IMG/VR virus record: IMGVR_UViG_3300032007_000003
Location: 64,001-128,000 of that record
Direction: 5' to 3' (one strand)
Length of the DNA stretch: 64,000 nucleotides
Source of the DNA: a virus
Taxonomy: Duplodnaviria; Heunggongvirae; Uroviricota; Caudoviricetes
Shown piece by piece: positions 38,709 to 49,039 of the stretch. The notes under the pieces are model-generated. The model had not been told where the DNA came from. It did not search any database and saw nothing but the letters and a program-made list of their open reading frames with translations. The translations under genes were made by a program, and so were the position numbers. The stretch's first letter is position 1, and each line of letters starts with the position of its first letter.

Positions 38709-38900
38709 ATGAAGAAAAAAGTAGATTTCACGAAATTAAGTAACGCAGAAATTAACATTAAGATTATGGGTTACGAGAACGAATACAATGTAAAAAAAGA
38801 TAAAATCATTGCATTGGTTCAAGAATTAACAGAGCTTGATGAATTGTACATCAAGGCAAATGAAGAGTTACAAAAAAGAGGCGCATTAAAGGATGGCTAA
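38709..38900 (+). CDS. small coiled-coil protein
   Basis: 63-aa ORF. Confidence 0.55.
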   Translation: MKKKVDFTKLSNAEINIKIMGYENEYNVKKDKIIALVQELTELDELYIKANEELQKRGALKDG

Positions 38901-39807
38901 TATAATTGTAAAAGTCGGAAAGGTTAGAGAGGTCGAGAATGTCTATTCAAAGAATGGCAGTGATGGCATGCGTGTTAGAGCAGAATTGACAGAAGATAAA
39001 CCAAGGAAATTAGAAGATATTCCTTGGGCATTCCCTTTATTGCCTAAAGTTTTCCATGTATTACCAAAAGTAGGTGAAGCGGTTTTGGTTGTTTGTGAGG
39101 ATAGTAACAACAATAAATCCCAAAGATACTATATTGGACCAGTTATTGCTCAACCTCAATACATGACTTATGACAAGAAGGAGGATGCTACTTCCACTTT
39201 TAAGAATTTCGAATTTAACCCTATCGAGAAAATATCTAACTTTGACATGGCTAGAGGTGCTTTCCCAAACAATGAAGATGTATCTGTTGTTGGTAGAGGT
39301 TCTGAAGATGTTACGCTAAAATATAATGAATCCACAAAGAAGAGTGAGGTTGATATTCGTGCAGGAATTCGTACAGAGCCATCAATGGCTAGAGAAAATG
39401 ATTTGATAGGAAATATCATGTTTAATAATATAGACCCAGCTTATATACAGTTGAAATATAAGAGTGGACTTGCAAAGAACCAAAACCATCAAGTATCTAG
39501 CATGATTAATATGGTAGCTGACAATATTAACCTTATCAGCAATAGGGATAATAACGTTTGTGATAATGTACACGATAAGGATGCTTTGATTAAGGATGAA
39601 GATTCTGATATTGTAATGGATAGATTACATCAAGTACCAAAGGGCGATAAACTTGTCGAACTCCTTACAATTATGAAAGGCGCAATTATGAATCATGTAC
39701 ACCCTTGGGCTGGTATGGAACAATGTGGTGATTGGCCAGGTTACATTAAACAACTTGAAGGTTATGACATTAATTCAATCCTCTCAGAATACGTTAGAAT
39801 ATCTTAA
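38893..39807 (+). CDS. baseplate central spike (gp5/gpV-like OB fold)
   Basis: RVRA...PWAFPLLP...PKVGEAVLV OB-fold motif and C-terminal HVHP metal-binding tip. Confidence 0.7.
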   Translation: MANIIVKVGKVREVENVYSKNGSDGMRVRAELTEDKPRKLEDIPWAFPLLPKVFHVLPKVGEAVLVVCEDSNNNKSQRYYIGPVIAQPQYMTYDKKEDATSTFKNFEFNPIEKISNFDMARGAFPNNEDVSVVGRGSEDVTLKYNESTKKSEVDIRAGIRTEPSMARENDLIGNIMFNNIDPAYIQLKYKSGLAKNQNHQVSSMINMVADNINLISNRDNNVCDNVHDKDALIKDEDSDIVMDRLHQVPKGDKLVELLTIMKGAIMNHVHPWAGMEQCGDWPGYIKQLEGYDINSILSEYVRIS

Positions 39808-39810
39808 ATT

Positions 39811-40293
39811 ATGTTTAAAGCAAGTTCGAATTACGGAAGTCCAAATTTAGGCAAAAATGTTGAAATAATAGGAGGGGCTAATTTCGGTTCAGAACCTTAT
39901 CTGATTAAAATTGGTGACAATACAACCATTTCATTTGATTGCGCATTTGTGACACATGATGCAGCAACTAGAGTGATTAGAAATCTTCCAGATGGGGATA
40001 AGGAAACTGTTATATATGCCCCAATAGTTGTTGGCAAGAATTGTTTTATAGGGTGTAGAACGGTTATACTTCCAGGTGTAACGATAGGCGACAATTGTAT
40101 AATCGGTGCTGGAAGCATTGTTAACCGTGACATACCTTCTAATACAGTTGCAGCTGGCACACCATGCAAGCCAATTTGTACTTTAGAGGCATATAGAAAT
40201 AAACATAAAGATGATTTTATGTATATTGTATCAAAGCCTTTTAATGAAAAGAAACAGATTTTATTAGATAAATTTAAAGCGAGACTCAATTAA
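39811..40293 (+). CDS. hexapeptide-repeat (left-handed beta-helix) sugar O-acetyltransferase
   Basis: IGDNTTI, THD and VGKNCFIG...ILPGVTIGDNCIIGAGSIV..DIP...AAGTP. Confidence 0.9.
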   Translation: MFKASSNYGSPNLGKNVEIIGGANFGSEPYLIKIGDNTTISFDCAFVTHDAATRVIRNLPDGDKETVIYAPIVVGKNCFIGCRTVILPGVTIGDNCIIGAGSIVNRDIPSNTVAAGTPCKPICTLEAYRNKHKDDFMYIVSKPFNEKKQILLDKFKARLN

Positions 40294-40307
40294 GAATCTC
40301 GCTTTTA
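40277..40307. terminator. bidirectional intrinsic terminator
   Basis: AAAGCGAGA...TCTCGCTTTTT between convergent genes. Confidence 0.7.
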
Positions 40308-40313
40308 TTGTTT

Positions 40314-41507
40314 TTATTCAATTTCTAATGGTGATTGTAATCCCAAATTCATATCTGGGTTTATTTCCACTGAATCATTACCCATTTCATCGTTAATGAA
40401 TTCTTCAATGACTTCTTTAATAATTGATTTTGTATTCATTTTATTTTCTGTAATAGTTTTAAAGTTAGCTTTATTGTCCATTAATTTAGTTATAGTTTCA
40501 TAACTCATGTTAGGGAATCTTTGTTTAAGTTTATTTCTCAGTTCAACATATGATGAACACTCTGTCTCAAACATTCCATTACTTGTTTTAATTGAAAATA
40601 TTAATTTTGGCTGTGTTGGAGTTTGCTGAGGTGGAATTTGTTGTACTGCTGGTCTTCTAATACCCAATGTTTCCCCACTAACCTCTGGTAACATACTCTT
40701 CAACTCACCAAGCCAAGGTTTATCTTCAAGACTCCAATATCTCCATGTTCTCATATTTTTTCTGTATCCCTTGGAGAATAAATACTCTATAATTTCAGCA
40801 TCGTTTGTTGTAACAACATTATCACCTCTTTCTTTCTCACTAGTTGAAATCATGTTTACTAGCGATTGATTGGAGGTTATGGTAAGTTTTACTTTTCCTT
40901 CTTTTGTAAATACGAAAATAGCCGTTACCGATGACTTCTTATTTGCTAACCTTTTGGCTCTCTTGGCTTTCATTGCGTCATTTAACTCCATTTCAGTCAT
41001 CTGTTCAGCACTTGCAAGTCTCTGTATGGTGAACATTCCATTTGAACGCTGTGAAACAATATATCCAATTTCTTTAAATTCTCTTCCGTGTCCTTGTTTT
41101 GGGGCGTAGCCATACATGTAGGTATAATAGTGGCACATTTCATGTACCAATGTAGCCAAGAAAGAGTGTTCAGTACCGCTATAGTTGCCGTTCAGTTCTA
41201 TTCTAGGCTGACATAAACCAACAAAGTTTTTTCTATCAATATCTATTTTTTCCCAACCATTGTTCTTATACATTTTGCGGCTGTATCTGTTTATATAGAT
41301 ACCACGCCCAGTTATCTTAAACCAACCAAGAGTACCACCTTCAGAACCACGACCTGTGGTGAATATAGCAAAACTACACTCACCCAACTCACCACCAAAT
41401 AATTCATCATTCATTTCAGCATATCTAGCTGTCATCCATTCTACGGTTGGTTTAAATGTTTTATCCATTTTATCGTTTAATCTTTGCGAAAATTCGTTCC
41501 AATCCAT
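40314..41507 (-). CDS. SprT-like zinc metalloprotease (late, with C-terminal tag)
   Basis: MN.ELFGGEL, TLVHEMCHYY and HGREF; ATATTTATA on the minus strand at 41525-41533. Confidence 0.8.
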   Translation of the reverse strand: MDWNEFSQRLNDKMDKTFKPTVEWMTARYAEMNDELFGGELGECSFAIFTTGRGSEGGTLGWFKITGRGIYINRYSRKMYKNNGWEKIDIDRKNFVGLCQPRIELNGNYSGTEHSFLATLVHEMCHYYTYMYGYAPKQGHGREFKEIGYIVSQRSNGMFTIQRLASAEQMTEMELNDAMKAKRAKRLANKKSSVTAIFVFTKEGKVKLTITSNQSLVNMISTSEKERGDNVVTTNDAEIIEYLFSKGYRKNMRTWRYWSLEDKPWLGELKSMLPEVSGETLGIRRPAVQQIPPQQTPTQPKLIFSIKTSNGMFETECSSYVELRNKLKQRFPNMSYETITKLMDNKANFKTITENKMNTKSIIKEVIEEFINDEMGNDSVEINPDMNLGLQSPLEIE

Positions 41508-41534
41508 TGTAAAACAATATTTCCTATAAATATC

Positions 41535-41561
41535 AAAAGGGTAGGAAAACTCCTACCCTTT
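41535..41561 (-). terminator. intrinsic terminator
   Basis: AAAGGGTAGGA...TCCTACCCTTT. Confidence 0.7.
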
Positions 41562-41569
41562 ATCTATTA

Positions 41570-42379
41570 TTAATCCCAATTGTCTAGTATTTTTGTAATT
41601 AATGGATTTCTTACTATGTCTTCTCTTGTAAACTCTGTGATTCCAACCTCATCTAATTTGCCTATATGTTCTATTGCATATAATAGTCCACTTTCTGATT
41701 TTTTTGTAACAATATCTCTACGGTTTGTTTGTAGAGAATCACCAGTTAAAATCATTTTACTATTTTCACCCAATCTTGTAAGTATCAGTCTTAGATTTTC
41801 CTTGGTATATTGTTCACATTCATTGACACATATTAAGGCATTATCGAATGTTTTACCTAATGCAAAATTAATAAATTCGTATTTTATATAATTATTGCTT
41901 ATTAAGGATTGTGCTGTCATATATGGGTCAGCATTTCCACTATTCCTTAAAATCTTCGTGATTGTCTGTTCATCACACTCAAGATATGGCTGTATCTTGG
42001 TTTCTAAATCACCTTTAAGGTAGCCTAGGTTTAAGTCTAATCCTCCCGCTGGAGCTGTAGGTATCATCATAATGATATTTGAATAATTACCATCCTTTAA
42101 CTCCTTAAGCGCATATGCTAGTGAGAGATAGGATTTTCCAGTACCTGGCGAACCAACTCCAAAGCATATTTGGTAATTTTTATTTTTAAGTAATTTCAAA
42201 AACTCTTTTTGTTTTTCGTTTTTACACTTTATGTCAATTTTGTAACTAAGTGTTTTTAATTTAGAACATAACCCTTCCGATGTAAGATAATTGAGAGCAC
42301 AGTCTCCTTTCATCTTTTGTTCAATGAATTCCATTTCTAATTCACTGACGCTTTCTTTTAAGTTTTTCTTTTTTCCCAT
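41570..42379 (-). CDS. phoH: PhoH-like ATPase
   Basis: Q motif, GSPGTGKS, LGYLKG, GKTF, LTRLGE, GDSLQ and DIVRNPL; start 42379 or 42406. Confidence 0.9.
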   Translation of the reverse strand: MGKKKNLKESVSELEMEFIEQKMKGDCALNYLTSEGLCSKLKTLSYKIDIKCKNEKQKEFLKLLKNKNYQICFGVGSPGTGKSYLSLAYALKELKDGNYSNIIMMIPTAPAGGLDLNLGYLKGDLETKIQPYLECDEQTITKILRNSGNADPYMTAQSLISNNYIKYEFINFALGKTFDNALICVNECEQYTKENLRLILTRLGENSKMILTGDSLQTNRRDIVTKKSESGLLYAIEHIGKLDEVGITEFTREDIVRNPLITKILDNWD

Positions 42380-42393
42380 AAAAATTAGTTTAG

Positions 42394-42434
42394 AAAAAAA
42401 GCGCATTAGTCCATTAAAGAACTAGTGCGCTTTT
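42394..42434 (-). terminator. intrinsic terminator / possible attenuator upstream of phoH
   Basis: Minus strand AAAAGCGCACTAGT...ACTAATGCGC-T7. Confidence 0.7.
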
Positions 42435-42488
42435 GATTATGTAATAATAAATGTTTCCATGTATCGTTGCTTTAATATAAATATCGCT

Positions 42489-43958
42489 TTAAGCATATTT
42501 GTTATTCAAATCATCTACGATATTGAATGATAGAACGTCATGGTGAATAATACTATTCATTCCATAAGTAATTTTAACATCAACGTAGTATCTCTGTGGT
42601 ATAAGAATGTTTGTATCTATGACGTAGAAGTTCTCAGAGAATGTCTTATTAATTTTATCCCACTCGATTACGTCTATCTCTCTAGTACCATCTTTCACAT
42701 AAACTCTTATGTTCAAATTATCTACTAGTTGAACAGTATTTGTTGTATAATTTGGCTTTGCTGATATAATTAGTTTCCTAATATCACCACGTTTAATATC
42801 TTCTTTTTCTTTAATGCCACTTATTGAAGGAGTAAATGTTGTGTTGGTTACACTCAATGAGTTTCCAATGTTGAAGAAATTAGGAGTATCTTTAAGCGTA
42901 AAATCAAGCTCCACATCGTCCAATTTTGTTCCTTGGTAATAGATATTACTCCAGACATCATAAAGCATTGTATCAGCCTCGAAATCGCCTTTAGAGAGCT
43001 TCAAATCAACATAATAGATACCTCTAGTATGCTTTTGTGATTCAAGTTCCATAATAATTTCATCGTCACTGTTCTTAATTGTAACAGTTGGGTTATTATC
43101 TAAATCTTGTAACGTATCTCCGATGGTACAATATAGGTATAATTTATTATTCTTGTTAAGGACGAAGTTTGCTCTATCATCCAATACCACATTGTCATAT
43201 CTAGTTTCTACGAATGGTTGGAAGAATGTATTAGTTTTATTGGTTAGTAAACCTAAATAATTTTCATATTCTGTTTCAGTAACCTCTAAAAATGGCGAGA
43301 ATGCGATACCTATACCGTAGTTTTTTAGTTCATCAGTTATAAATTTGTTAAACGTGTCGGTAATATCTACATTTATATTCTCATTACCAACATCAAAGTG
43401 TTGCCTTGCTATAACTAGTGAAGGTTCATTTGCTGAGAATTTGTCATATTCATTTGATAATGTACTATTTGTATAAACCCCTTCTTCATCCCATAGGATA
43501 CCGTTTTTCCTTTGAAACCAATTACACCCATCAGTTGATACTAATCTCTTTGGGTCAATTGGTGTTGGAGAATAATATCCTGCGTTTAGTGCATTCATTG
43601 AATAGTCAAATCCTTTTCCGCTATCCCATTCTTTAGGAATTAAGAAGAAAATTAAGTCAAAACTTGTTGCACGTATTTTTTTATTGTCATTAATTGAACT
43701 TGTTTCACATTCGTGTAATTGCGTAAAGTCCAAAAACCCAGCATTAGTAATATGGAGAGTGTGTTTCATTTTCTCCATATTCGGCATGATTCCATCATTC
43801 ATTAGTTTTTTAACTTTTGAATGGTCAAAATATATCAACGTTCTAGATACAATGGTATCTTTTCCATATACAAGTTCTGCAATGGGATTAAGACCAGTAT
43901 TAAGTTTACTATTTGAAATAATCGTATCTGTTTTTTCTATATAACTTTTATATATCAT
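42489..43958 (-). CDS. hypothetical (probably virion) protein
   Basis: 489-aa beta-rich ORF. Confidence 0.6.
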   Translation of the reverse strand: MIYKSYIEKTDTIISNSKLNTGLNPIAELVYGKDTIVSRTLIYFDHSKVKKLMNDGIMPNMEKMKHTLHITNAGFLDFTQLHECETSSINDNKKIRATSFDLIFFLIPKEWDSGKGFDYSMNALNAGYYSPTPIDPKRLVSTDGCNWFQRKNGILWDEEGVYTNSTLSNEYDKFSANEPSLVIARQHFDVGNENINVDITDTFNKFITDELKNYGIGIAFSPFLEVTETEYENYLGLLTNKTNTFFQPFVETRYDNVVLDDRANFVLNKNNKLYLYCTIGDTLQDLDNNPTVTIKNSDDEIIMELESQKHTRGIYYVDLKLSKGDFEADTMLYDVWSNIYYQGTKLDDVELDFTLKDTPNFFNIGNSLSVTNTTFTPSISGIKEKEDIKRGDIRKLIISAKPNYTTNTVQLVDNLNIRVYVKDGTREIDVIEWDKINKTFSENFYVIDTNILIPQRYYVDVKITYGMNSIIHHDVLSFNIVDDLNNKYA

Positions 43959-45258
43959 CTTCGTTAGGGTAATTAATCATTATGTCTTCTTCATCACTTG
44001 GTTCATCTAGTGATGACTCTGTGATATTTTCTTTATCTATTGCCACATTTGGGTCGTATCCAACTAAGTATAGTTCAGAGCTTTCCTCAACATTATCTCT
44101 AGTGATTCTAACTGTTATTTCATCACCTTCATAAAATCTAATGTCATTATCTAAATTCATTAGTTCACCATTGACGATAATCTTAAAATCATAAACATTA
44201 TTTGTCTCAATAGTTGTTAATACCATTTCTTTATCAATTATGAACGATAATTCAGTTGTACACTCATCAAAATTCATCATTACCTTCATAACTTTATTGT
44301 AATATCTATTTGGAGTTGGTTCACAACAATTATCATTATCATCTGAAGGCTCATATATGATGTTTGGTTTATCTTTCTCATCGATTGGTATAACTTCACA
44401 ATGGTCATCTTTAGTCATTACATCTATCTTGTTGGTAAAACCTTCCATAAATATAACTTTTTCATCTTCTCTTCTGTTCTTGCCTCTTCTGTTAACAATA
44501 CCACTAGCATCTGAATCATGCGAAGATAAAATTAATCTTGATGGCACTCTTTCTACACTATAGTCTTCTTTGCGTATGATATAGCCTCTTACCTTTATCT
44601 TATATGACTGAGAGTAATATTTACGGTCATCTATTGTGTATTCAGATTCGTCAGATACATCATCTAATGTCATTGACATGGGATGGTCATTTGGAGAAAT
44701 ATAACAGTTAATGGCATTAAATTCATAATGCATAAGTTCATTAACTTTGTTTATAATCTCCATTTTATTTGATATTATAGAGACGGTATATATAAAATTA
44801 ATCTGGGTTGGTTGCTTCATTGTATACTTATCATAAGCTTCAGTGCCATTTTCTTGTAATACTGGAACATAGAACATGGCGAAATCCTTATGTCCTGGAA
44901 TGTTAAAATAATTTCCTTGGCTTTCACCCTTTTGTGGATTAAGTTCACGAGTTACAGTTAGGAAGTTTATGATTGGATTTCCAGTTTCATCTTGTTTATC
45001 CCATTCTTGTATGTACTCACTTAATCTCTGAGTACTATATAACTTATAAATAGGTAATTTCTTACCATCATATACAACATCTATGTGTTTTACAACCCAG
45101 TCATACATTGTTTGGTCTATGTCACTGAATTCGATTGGTTTTGGAAATGGCGTACCATACTCCAATATTACCTTTGACATATTCCTACGTCTCTCAGTGC
45201 CATGTGCATGGTGACGTAGTTTGAGTTTATCCATATATGGTTTTGGTTGTATTAACAT
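43948..45258 (-). CDS. putative neck / tail-terminator protein
   Basis: DID...LPI...P.QINFIYTVSI layout resembles gp15-type tail terminators; late motif at 45275-45283. Confidence 0.4.
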   Translation of the reverse strand: MLIQPKPYMDKLKLRHHAHGTERRRNMSKVILEYGTPFPKPIEFSDIDQTMYDWVVKHIDVVYDGKKLPIYKLYSTQRLSEYIQEWDKQDETGNPIINFLTVTRELNPQKGESQGNYFNIPGHKDFAMFYVPVLQENGTEAYDKYTMKQPTQINFIYTVSIISNKMEIINKVNELMHYEFNAINCYISPNDHPMSMTLDDVSDESEYTIDDRKYYSQSYKIKVRGYIIRKEDYSVERVPSRLILSSHDSDASGIVNRRGKNRREDEKVIFMEGFTNKIDVMTKDDHCEVIPIDEKDKPNIIYEPSDDNDNCCEPTPNRYYNKVMKVMMNFDECTTELSFIIDKEMVLTTIETNNVYDFKIIVNGELMNLDNDIRFYEGDEITVRITRDNVEESSELYLVGYDPNVAIDKENITESSLDEPSDEEDIMINYPNEDDI

Positions 45259-45323
45259 AATCTTGATTTTTTACAATAAATATTTGTTAAATGGTAATAT
45301 TTATAAGAAATAAGAAATATACA

Positions 45324-45707
45324 ATGGCACAGTTCTTCTTTTTGAAACAGAATAGTACGCTCCCTACTTTACGCATGGAGTTAATTGAGGATGGTAGACA
45401 TGATTTTCACAAGTTCCATGAATGTATTCAGAACGCTGAAATAACCTTTACAATGGTAAATATTGATACCAATGTAACAAAGGTTGCAAAGGCAAAGGCT
45501 TATATTAAGTTACGTGAGAATGATGACTGTACAGAACAATACGTCATATGCTATGATTGGAAAGCACGTGACACAAAGGAGGCTGGCTCATATAAGGGAA
45601 CTTTTGAAATTACTTTTAATGGAAATATTAAGAATGATTCATATACATATCCAAGTGGTATACTCAATATGCCGATTAGAGAAGACCTTATTGTGGTAAT
45701 AAAATAA
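45324..45707 (+). CDS. BppU-N-like baseplate/fibre adaptor protein
   Basis: FFLKQNSTLP.L...Y.W...DT.EAG.Y.G.FEITF; ATATTTATA at 45297-45305 supports ATG 45324. Confidence 0.55.
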   Translation: MAQFFFLKQNSTLPTLRMELIEDGRHDFHKFHECIQNAEITFTMVNIDTNVTKVAKAKAYIKLRENDDCTEQYVICYDWKARDTKEAGSYKGTFEITFNGNIKNDSYTYPSGILNMPIREDLIVVIK

Positions 45708-45738
45708 AAAGGAGAGAACCTATTTCTCTCCTTTTTCT
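45706..45738. terminator. bidirectional intrinsic terminator
   Basis: AAAAGGAGAGAA...TTCTCTCCTTTTT. Confidence 0.7.
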
Positions 45739-45974
45739 TTTAATATTTCATCAAATTTTTTCTTTTCCTCTTCTGTACATAATTCATAGAATTTCTGATA
45801 GTTAATTTGCAAATCATAGTTTTTATCCTTAACGTCTTTTAACTCGTTAAACATTGCACCATAATATGCCTCGAATTGGTAATATCCTTTTTTTGTAACA
45901 CCTTTTATGATGCCCATATTACCGCTATTTCTACTGATTATGTAATCTCCCTTTTGAAATTTTGGTTCAATCAT
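45720..45974 (-). CDS. hypothetical protein
   Basis: 84-aa ORF starting with PKFQKGDYI. Confidence 0.6.
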   Translation of the reverse strand: MIEPKFQKGDYIISRNSGNMGIIKGVTKKGYYQFEAYYGAMFNELKDVKDKNYDLQINYQKFYELCTEEEKKKFDEILKEKGEK

Positions 45975-45975
45975 A

Positions 45976-46371
45976 TCAATTAAGCATTAAAACATTCTTT
46001 ATTGCAAGTTTACGCTCAACTTCTTCAAGGGTTTCACCGAATCTAAAGAATATCCTTCCATCCTCTGGATAATCCTCATAGGCATCCATATTCTCCCAAG
46101 CTAGAGCGATAATACCATCGGTACAATCTTGAAATCCAAAACAGCATGAATCTTGTATTAAATCAAGTTTTATTTTCATTTTTACGATATGAATTTCTGT
46201 CATGTACTCATCATTTGGAATGAGATTATTTACCAAACAACAAGGTTTATATTCGAAACCTTCCCCCCAGAATTCATCAATATTATCAGTGAATATAAAT
46301 TCATATCTGTAATATCCGTCAGTTTCCTCTCCAATTAATTTGATAAATCCTAGTTTTACTTCCTCTTCCAT
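45976..46371 (-). CDS. hypothetical protein
   Basis: 131-aa ORF. Confidence 0.6.
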   Translation of the reverse strand: MEEEVKLGFIKLIGEETDGYYRYEFIFTDNIDEFWGEGFEYKPCCLVNNLIPNDEYMTEIHIVKMKIKLDLIQDSCCFGFQDCTDGIIALAWENMDAYEDYPEDGRIFFRFGETLEEVERKLAIKNVLMLN

Positions 46372-46374
46372 AAT

Positions 46375-46815
46375 TTATTTATTTTTATTCATTTTTGTAA
46401 TCATATCCTTGAGATATGCTATTCTTTCAGCCCTACTTTTAATTTTCAATGCCTCATCCAAAGAACCATTTTTATCCAACTCGATAATGGTTTCAGCATC
46501 ACCCTTTCTGAAACCTTTTAATGGTTGTTCCTCTGCTTTAGGTTCTGGGTCTGATATCTGTATCTTCTCTGCTATTTCATCTCTCTTTAGTTTAGCCACT
46601 TCATCCAATTCATCATCAAGTTTGATAATTTCTTGAATCTTTTTTACATCTTCATTAGTAGCCTTAAGTTCGTCAATCTTATCACTCACTACCTTTTCCT
46701 CATCAATTACAGTGGCATCAATGATTATGCCATCCTTAACCATATATTCAATACGTTTACCATCTTTCTCAGTTACGATTTTAACAATATTCTTTAAATC
46801 AATTTTAAATTCCAT
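46375..46815 (-). CDS. hypothetical protein
   Basis: 146-aa ORF. Confidence 0.6.
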   Translation of the reverse strand: MEFKIDLKNIVKIVTEKDGKRIEYMVKDGIIIDATVIDEEKVVSDKIDELKATNEDVKKIQEIIKLDDELDEVAKLKRDEIAEKIQISDPEPKAEEQPLKGFRKGDAETIIELDKNGSLDEALKIKSRAERIAYLKDMITKMNKNK

Positions 46816-46822
46816 AATTCAA

Positions 46823-46972
46823 TTATTTTATAGTATTATTATTTTCTCTTCTTTTGGTTGCATCACGAAACATAGATTTATATCCCTCATATTCTCTAGG
46901 CAGTGATTCAATCTCCCATAAACTCAAGAGTCCTTTGACACCATTATTATAAACACCTTTATCAATACTCAT
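46823..46972 (-). CDS. small hypothetical protein (49 aa, not in ORF track)
   Basis: MSIDKGVYNNG...; fills the gap in the operon. Confidence 0.4.
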   Translation of the reverse strand: MSIDKGVYNNGVKGLLSLWEIESLPREYEGYKSMFRDATKRRENNNTIK

Positions 46973-46973
46973 A

Positions 46974-48935
46974 TTATTTATCATTTTCGCTGACAATGAT
47001 ATTGTCGATTATTTCTTGTTTTCCTCTAACTTTATCAAACATTTCTTTATAAAATGTATCAGAAAATACTTGATAATAAATAGTTACATCATTTTTTTGA
47101 TTTAATCTATGTATTCTATCTTCAGCTTGTAGATTATCTCCACTCACCCAACTGAAACTATTGAATATTGCAACACGGCTTGCAACTAGTGTAAGACCAA
47201 CGCCAGCACTCTGTATATTTCCAATAAAGACCTTTATATTAGGGTTATTTTGAAATTCCTCAACTGACTTATCTTTCCTCTTGATTGTCATCTTTCCATT
47301 GTGGACAACACATATATCCTTAAAAGCCTCTTTAATGGTATTAAGCTCCTCATCAAATGAACAAAATATGACAACCTTATGTCCTAAATTAATACATTTT
47401 TTTGCAAGACTGATGGTTTTGTTTGCCATAGAGTTAGCTAGCCATTGGCGCATCATAATACCCTCAGTAATCTTCTTATATTTCTCAATGTCCTCTTTAT
47501 TCTTACCATCTTTAGCTTGAATATATTCATCCCATACCCTTTCATAACTTTCTCTTTCTTTTTCGGTTAACTTATAATTCAAAACCTTAACAGTTTTCTT
47601 GACAATTTTACCAAAGTCACTCTTCAATCTTCTAATATAATAAGGCTTTATGATTTCTTGTAATTCATCTAGATTTGAAGAGCCATCCGTTACCCAGATT
47701 TTCTTTAGTGTTTTTTCAAGAACCTTATCTAGTTCTTCTTTTTCCTCAGATGTCAGCTCATACCAACTGTTTTTTCCTTTCTCTTGACAAAATAGGAATG
47801 TAACAGCATCACGTTCCTTTTTATTATAAAAACTCTTTCCATCACAATATCTTTCAACGTAGTATTTCCAATCATCAGCAAGAGGACAACCGATAATTTT
47901 AAGAATATTGAAAAAGTTGATTGGACGATTGGTGATTGGAGTACCAGTTATGGCATATATACCCTTTGGATTGCTTCTCTTAACCAAGTCAGACACAATC
48001 TTGAATATACCACTAGTAGTATTAGATAGTCTGTGTGCCTCATCAATTATCACCAAATCGAAGTTGGATTGGAACAATTGACTATTATCCATTGCTTCTC
48101 GTATGATATTTTTCTTTCTAGATACCTTTTCCTTTTCTTTAGTAACCTTTCTAAGTTTTCCATCTTCATATTCAAGTGTGGTAGATTTAACTGTCTCAGT
48201 TGGTATTTCATAGAAGTTTTTTAAAATATCATAATTGATAATGGTAAATTTATTCTCCTTCCACTTGCTACCCTCTACAATGGTAATCTCATCCTCAGAT
48301 ACGAGATTCTTCAATTCCTTGAACCATGTCAACTTAACTGAAGCTGGTGAAATAATCAACACCTTCTCGTATTTATCCTCAAGAGCTGCCACAATTGCTG
48401 CAAGAGTCTTACCACTACCCATTTCACTTGCGAGAATGCCCTTTTTACGGCTTGTGAGGAACTTTACAGCCTCTTCTTGGTAAGGATAAAGGTTAAATCC
48501 CATTCGCTCGTTGTAGGCATTAAAATCTATTAATTTATTCTCCCAAGGCTCACTCAAGAAATCTGTTAATATCGCTTTCTTTGGTGCAAATATTTCAATT
48601 GCCTTTTCTTGTGACCTTCTATAGATTGCATAGAAGTGATATAAGTTATCCATTTCTCCTAAGAACCAAGTGATTTTCAACACCTTTGGCACAAAATCAA
48701 GTAATAAATCACTATGTAGTTTCTCACCGTACCAATCAGCAATCTTTACAATCTTATTTATTTCCTTTGGCTCTCTCTCGTAATTTGACAAAACATATTC
48801 AGACTCAAAATCATTCAATGCTCTCGTTTGATAAGCAATTACAATGTTTTTGAGCTTAATTATATAAGAATTATTGCCTTTATAATTCTTAAGTAATTCA
48901 TATGTCTTTTCAATTTTTGATAAAGATAATCCCAT
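46974..48935 (-). CDS. SNF2/HARP-like SF2 helicase
   Basis: LYPYQ, EMGSGKT, IIDEAH, TGTPITN, GVGLTL and QAEDRIHR. Confidence 0.9.
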   Translation of the reverse strand: MGLSLSKIEKTYELLKNYKGNNSYIIKLKNIVIAYQTRALNDFESEYVLSNYEREPKEINKIVKIADWYGEKLHSDLLLDFVPKVLKITWFLGEMDNLYHFYAIYRRSQEKAIEIFAPKKAILTDFLSEPWENKLIDFNAYNERMGFNLYPYQEEAVKFLTSRKKGILASEMGSGKTLAAIVAALEDKYEKVLIISPASVKLTWFKELKNLVSEDEITIVEGSKWKENKFTIINYDILKNFYEIPTETVKSTTLEYEDGKLRKVTKEKEKVSRKKNIIREAMDNSQLFQSNFDLVIIDEAHRLSNTTSGIFKIVSDLVKRSNPKGIYAITGTPITNRPINFFNILKIIGCPLADDWKYYVERYCDGKSFYNKKERDAVTFLFCQEKGKNSWYELTSEEKEELDKVLEKTLKKIWVTDGSSNLDELQEIIKPYYIRRLKSDFGKIVKKTVKVLNYKLTEKERESYERVWDEYIQAKDGKNKEDIEKYKKITEGIMMRQWLANSMANKTISLAKKCINLGHKVVIFCSFDEELNTIKEAFKDICVVHNGKMTIKRKDKSVEEFQNNPNIKVFIGNIQSAGVGLTLVASRVAIFNSFSWVSGDNLQAEDRIHRLNQKNDVTIYYQVFSDTFYKEMFDKVRGKQEIIDNIIVSENDK

Positions 48936-49039
48936 ATTTTTATATTTTATCCTTGATAAAATATAAAAATATTTTTGAAAAAATCAAGTGTTTTAAATGA
49001 AAAAATGCAGATATTTATAAGAAATATTTATGTTTTATA

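Noticed and set aside
2225-40307. Shared stem AAAGCGAGA/TCTCGCTTT at 2225 and 40277 as mobile-element ends
   Set aside because: Both are ordinary terminators between convergent genes with different loops; no transposase or target duplication
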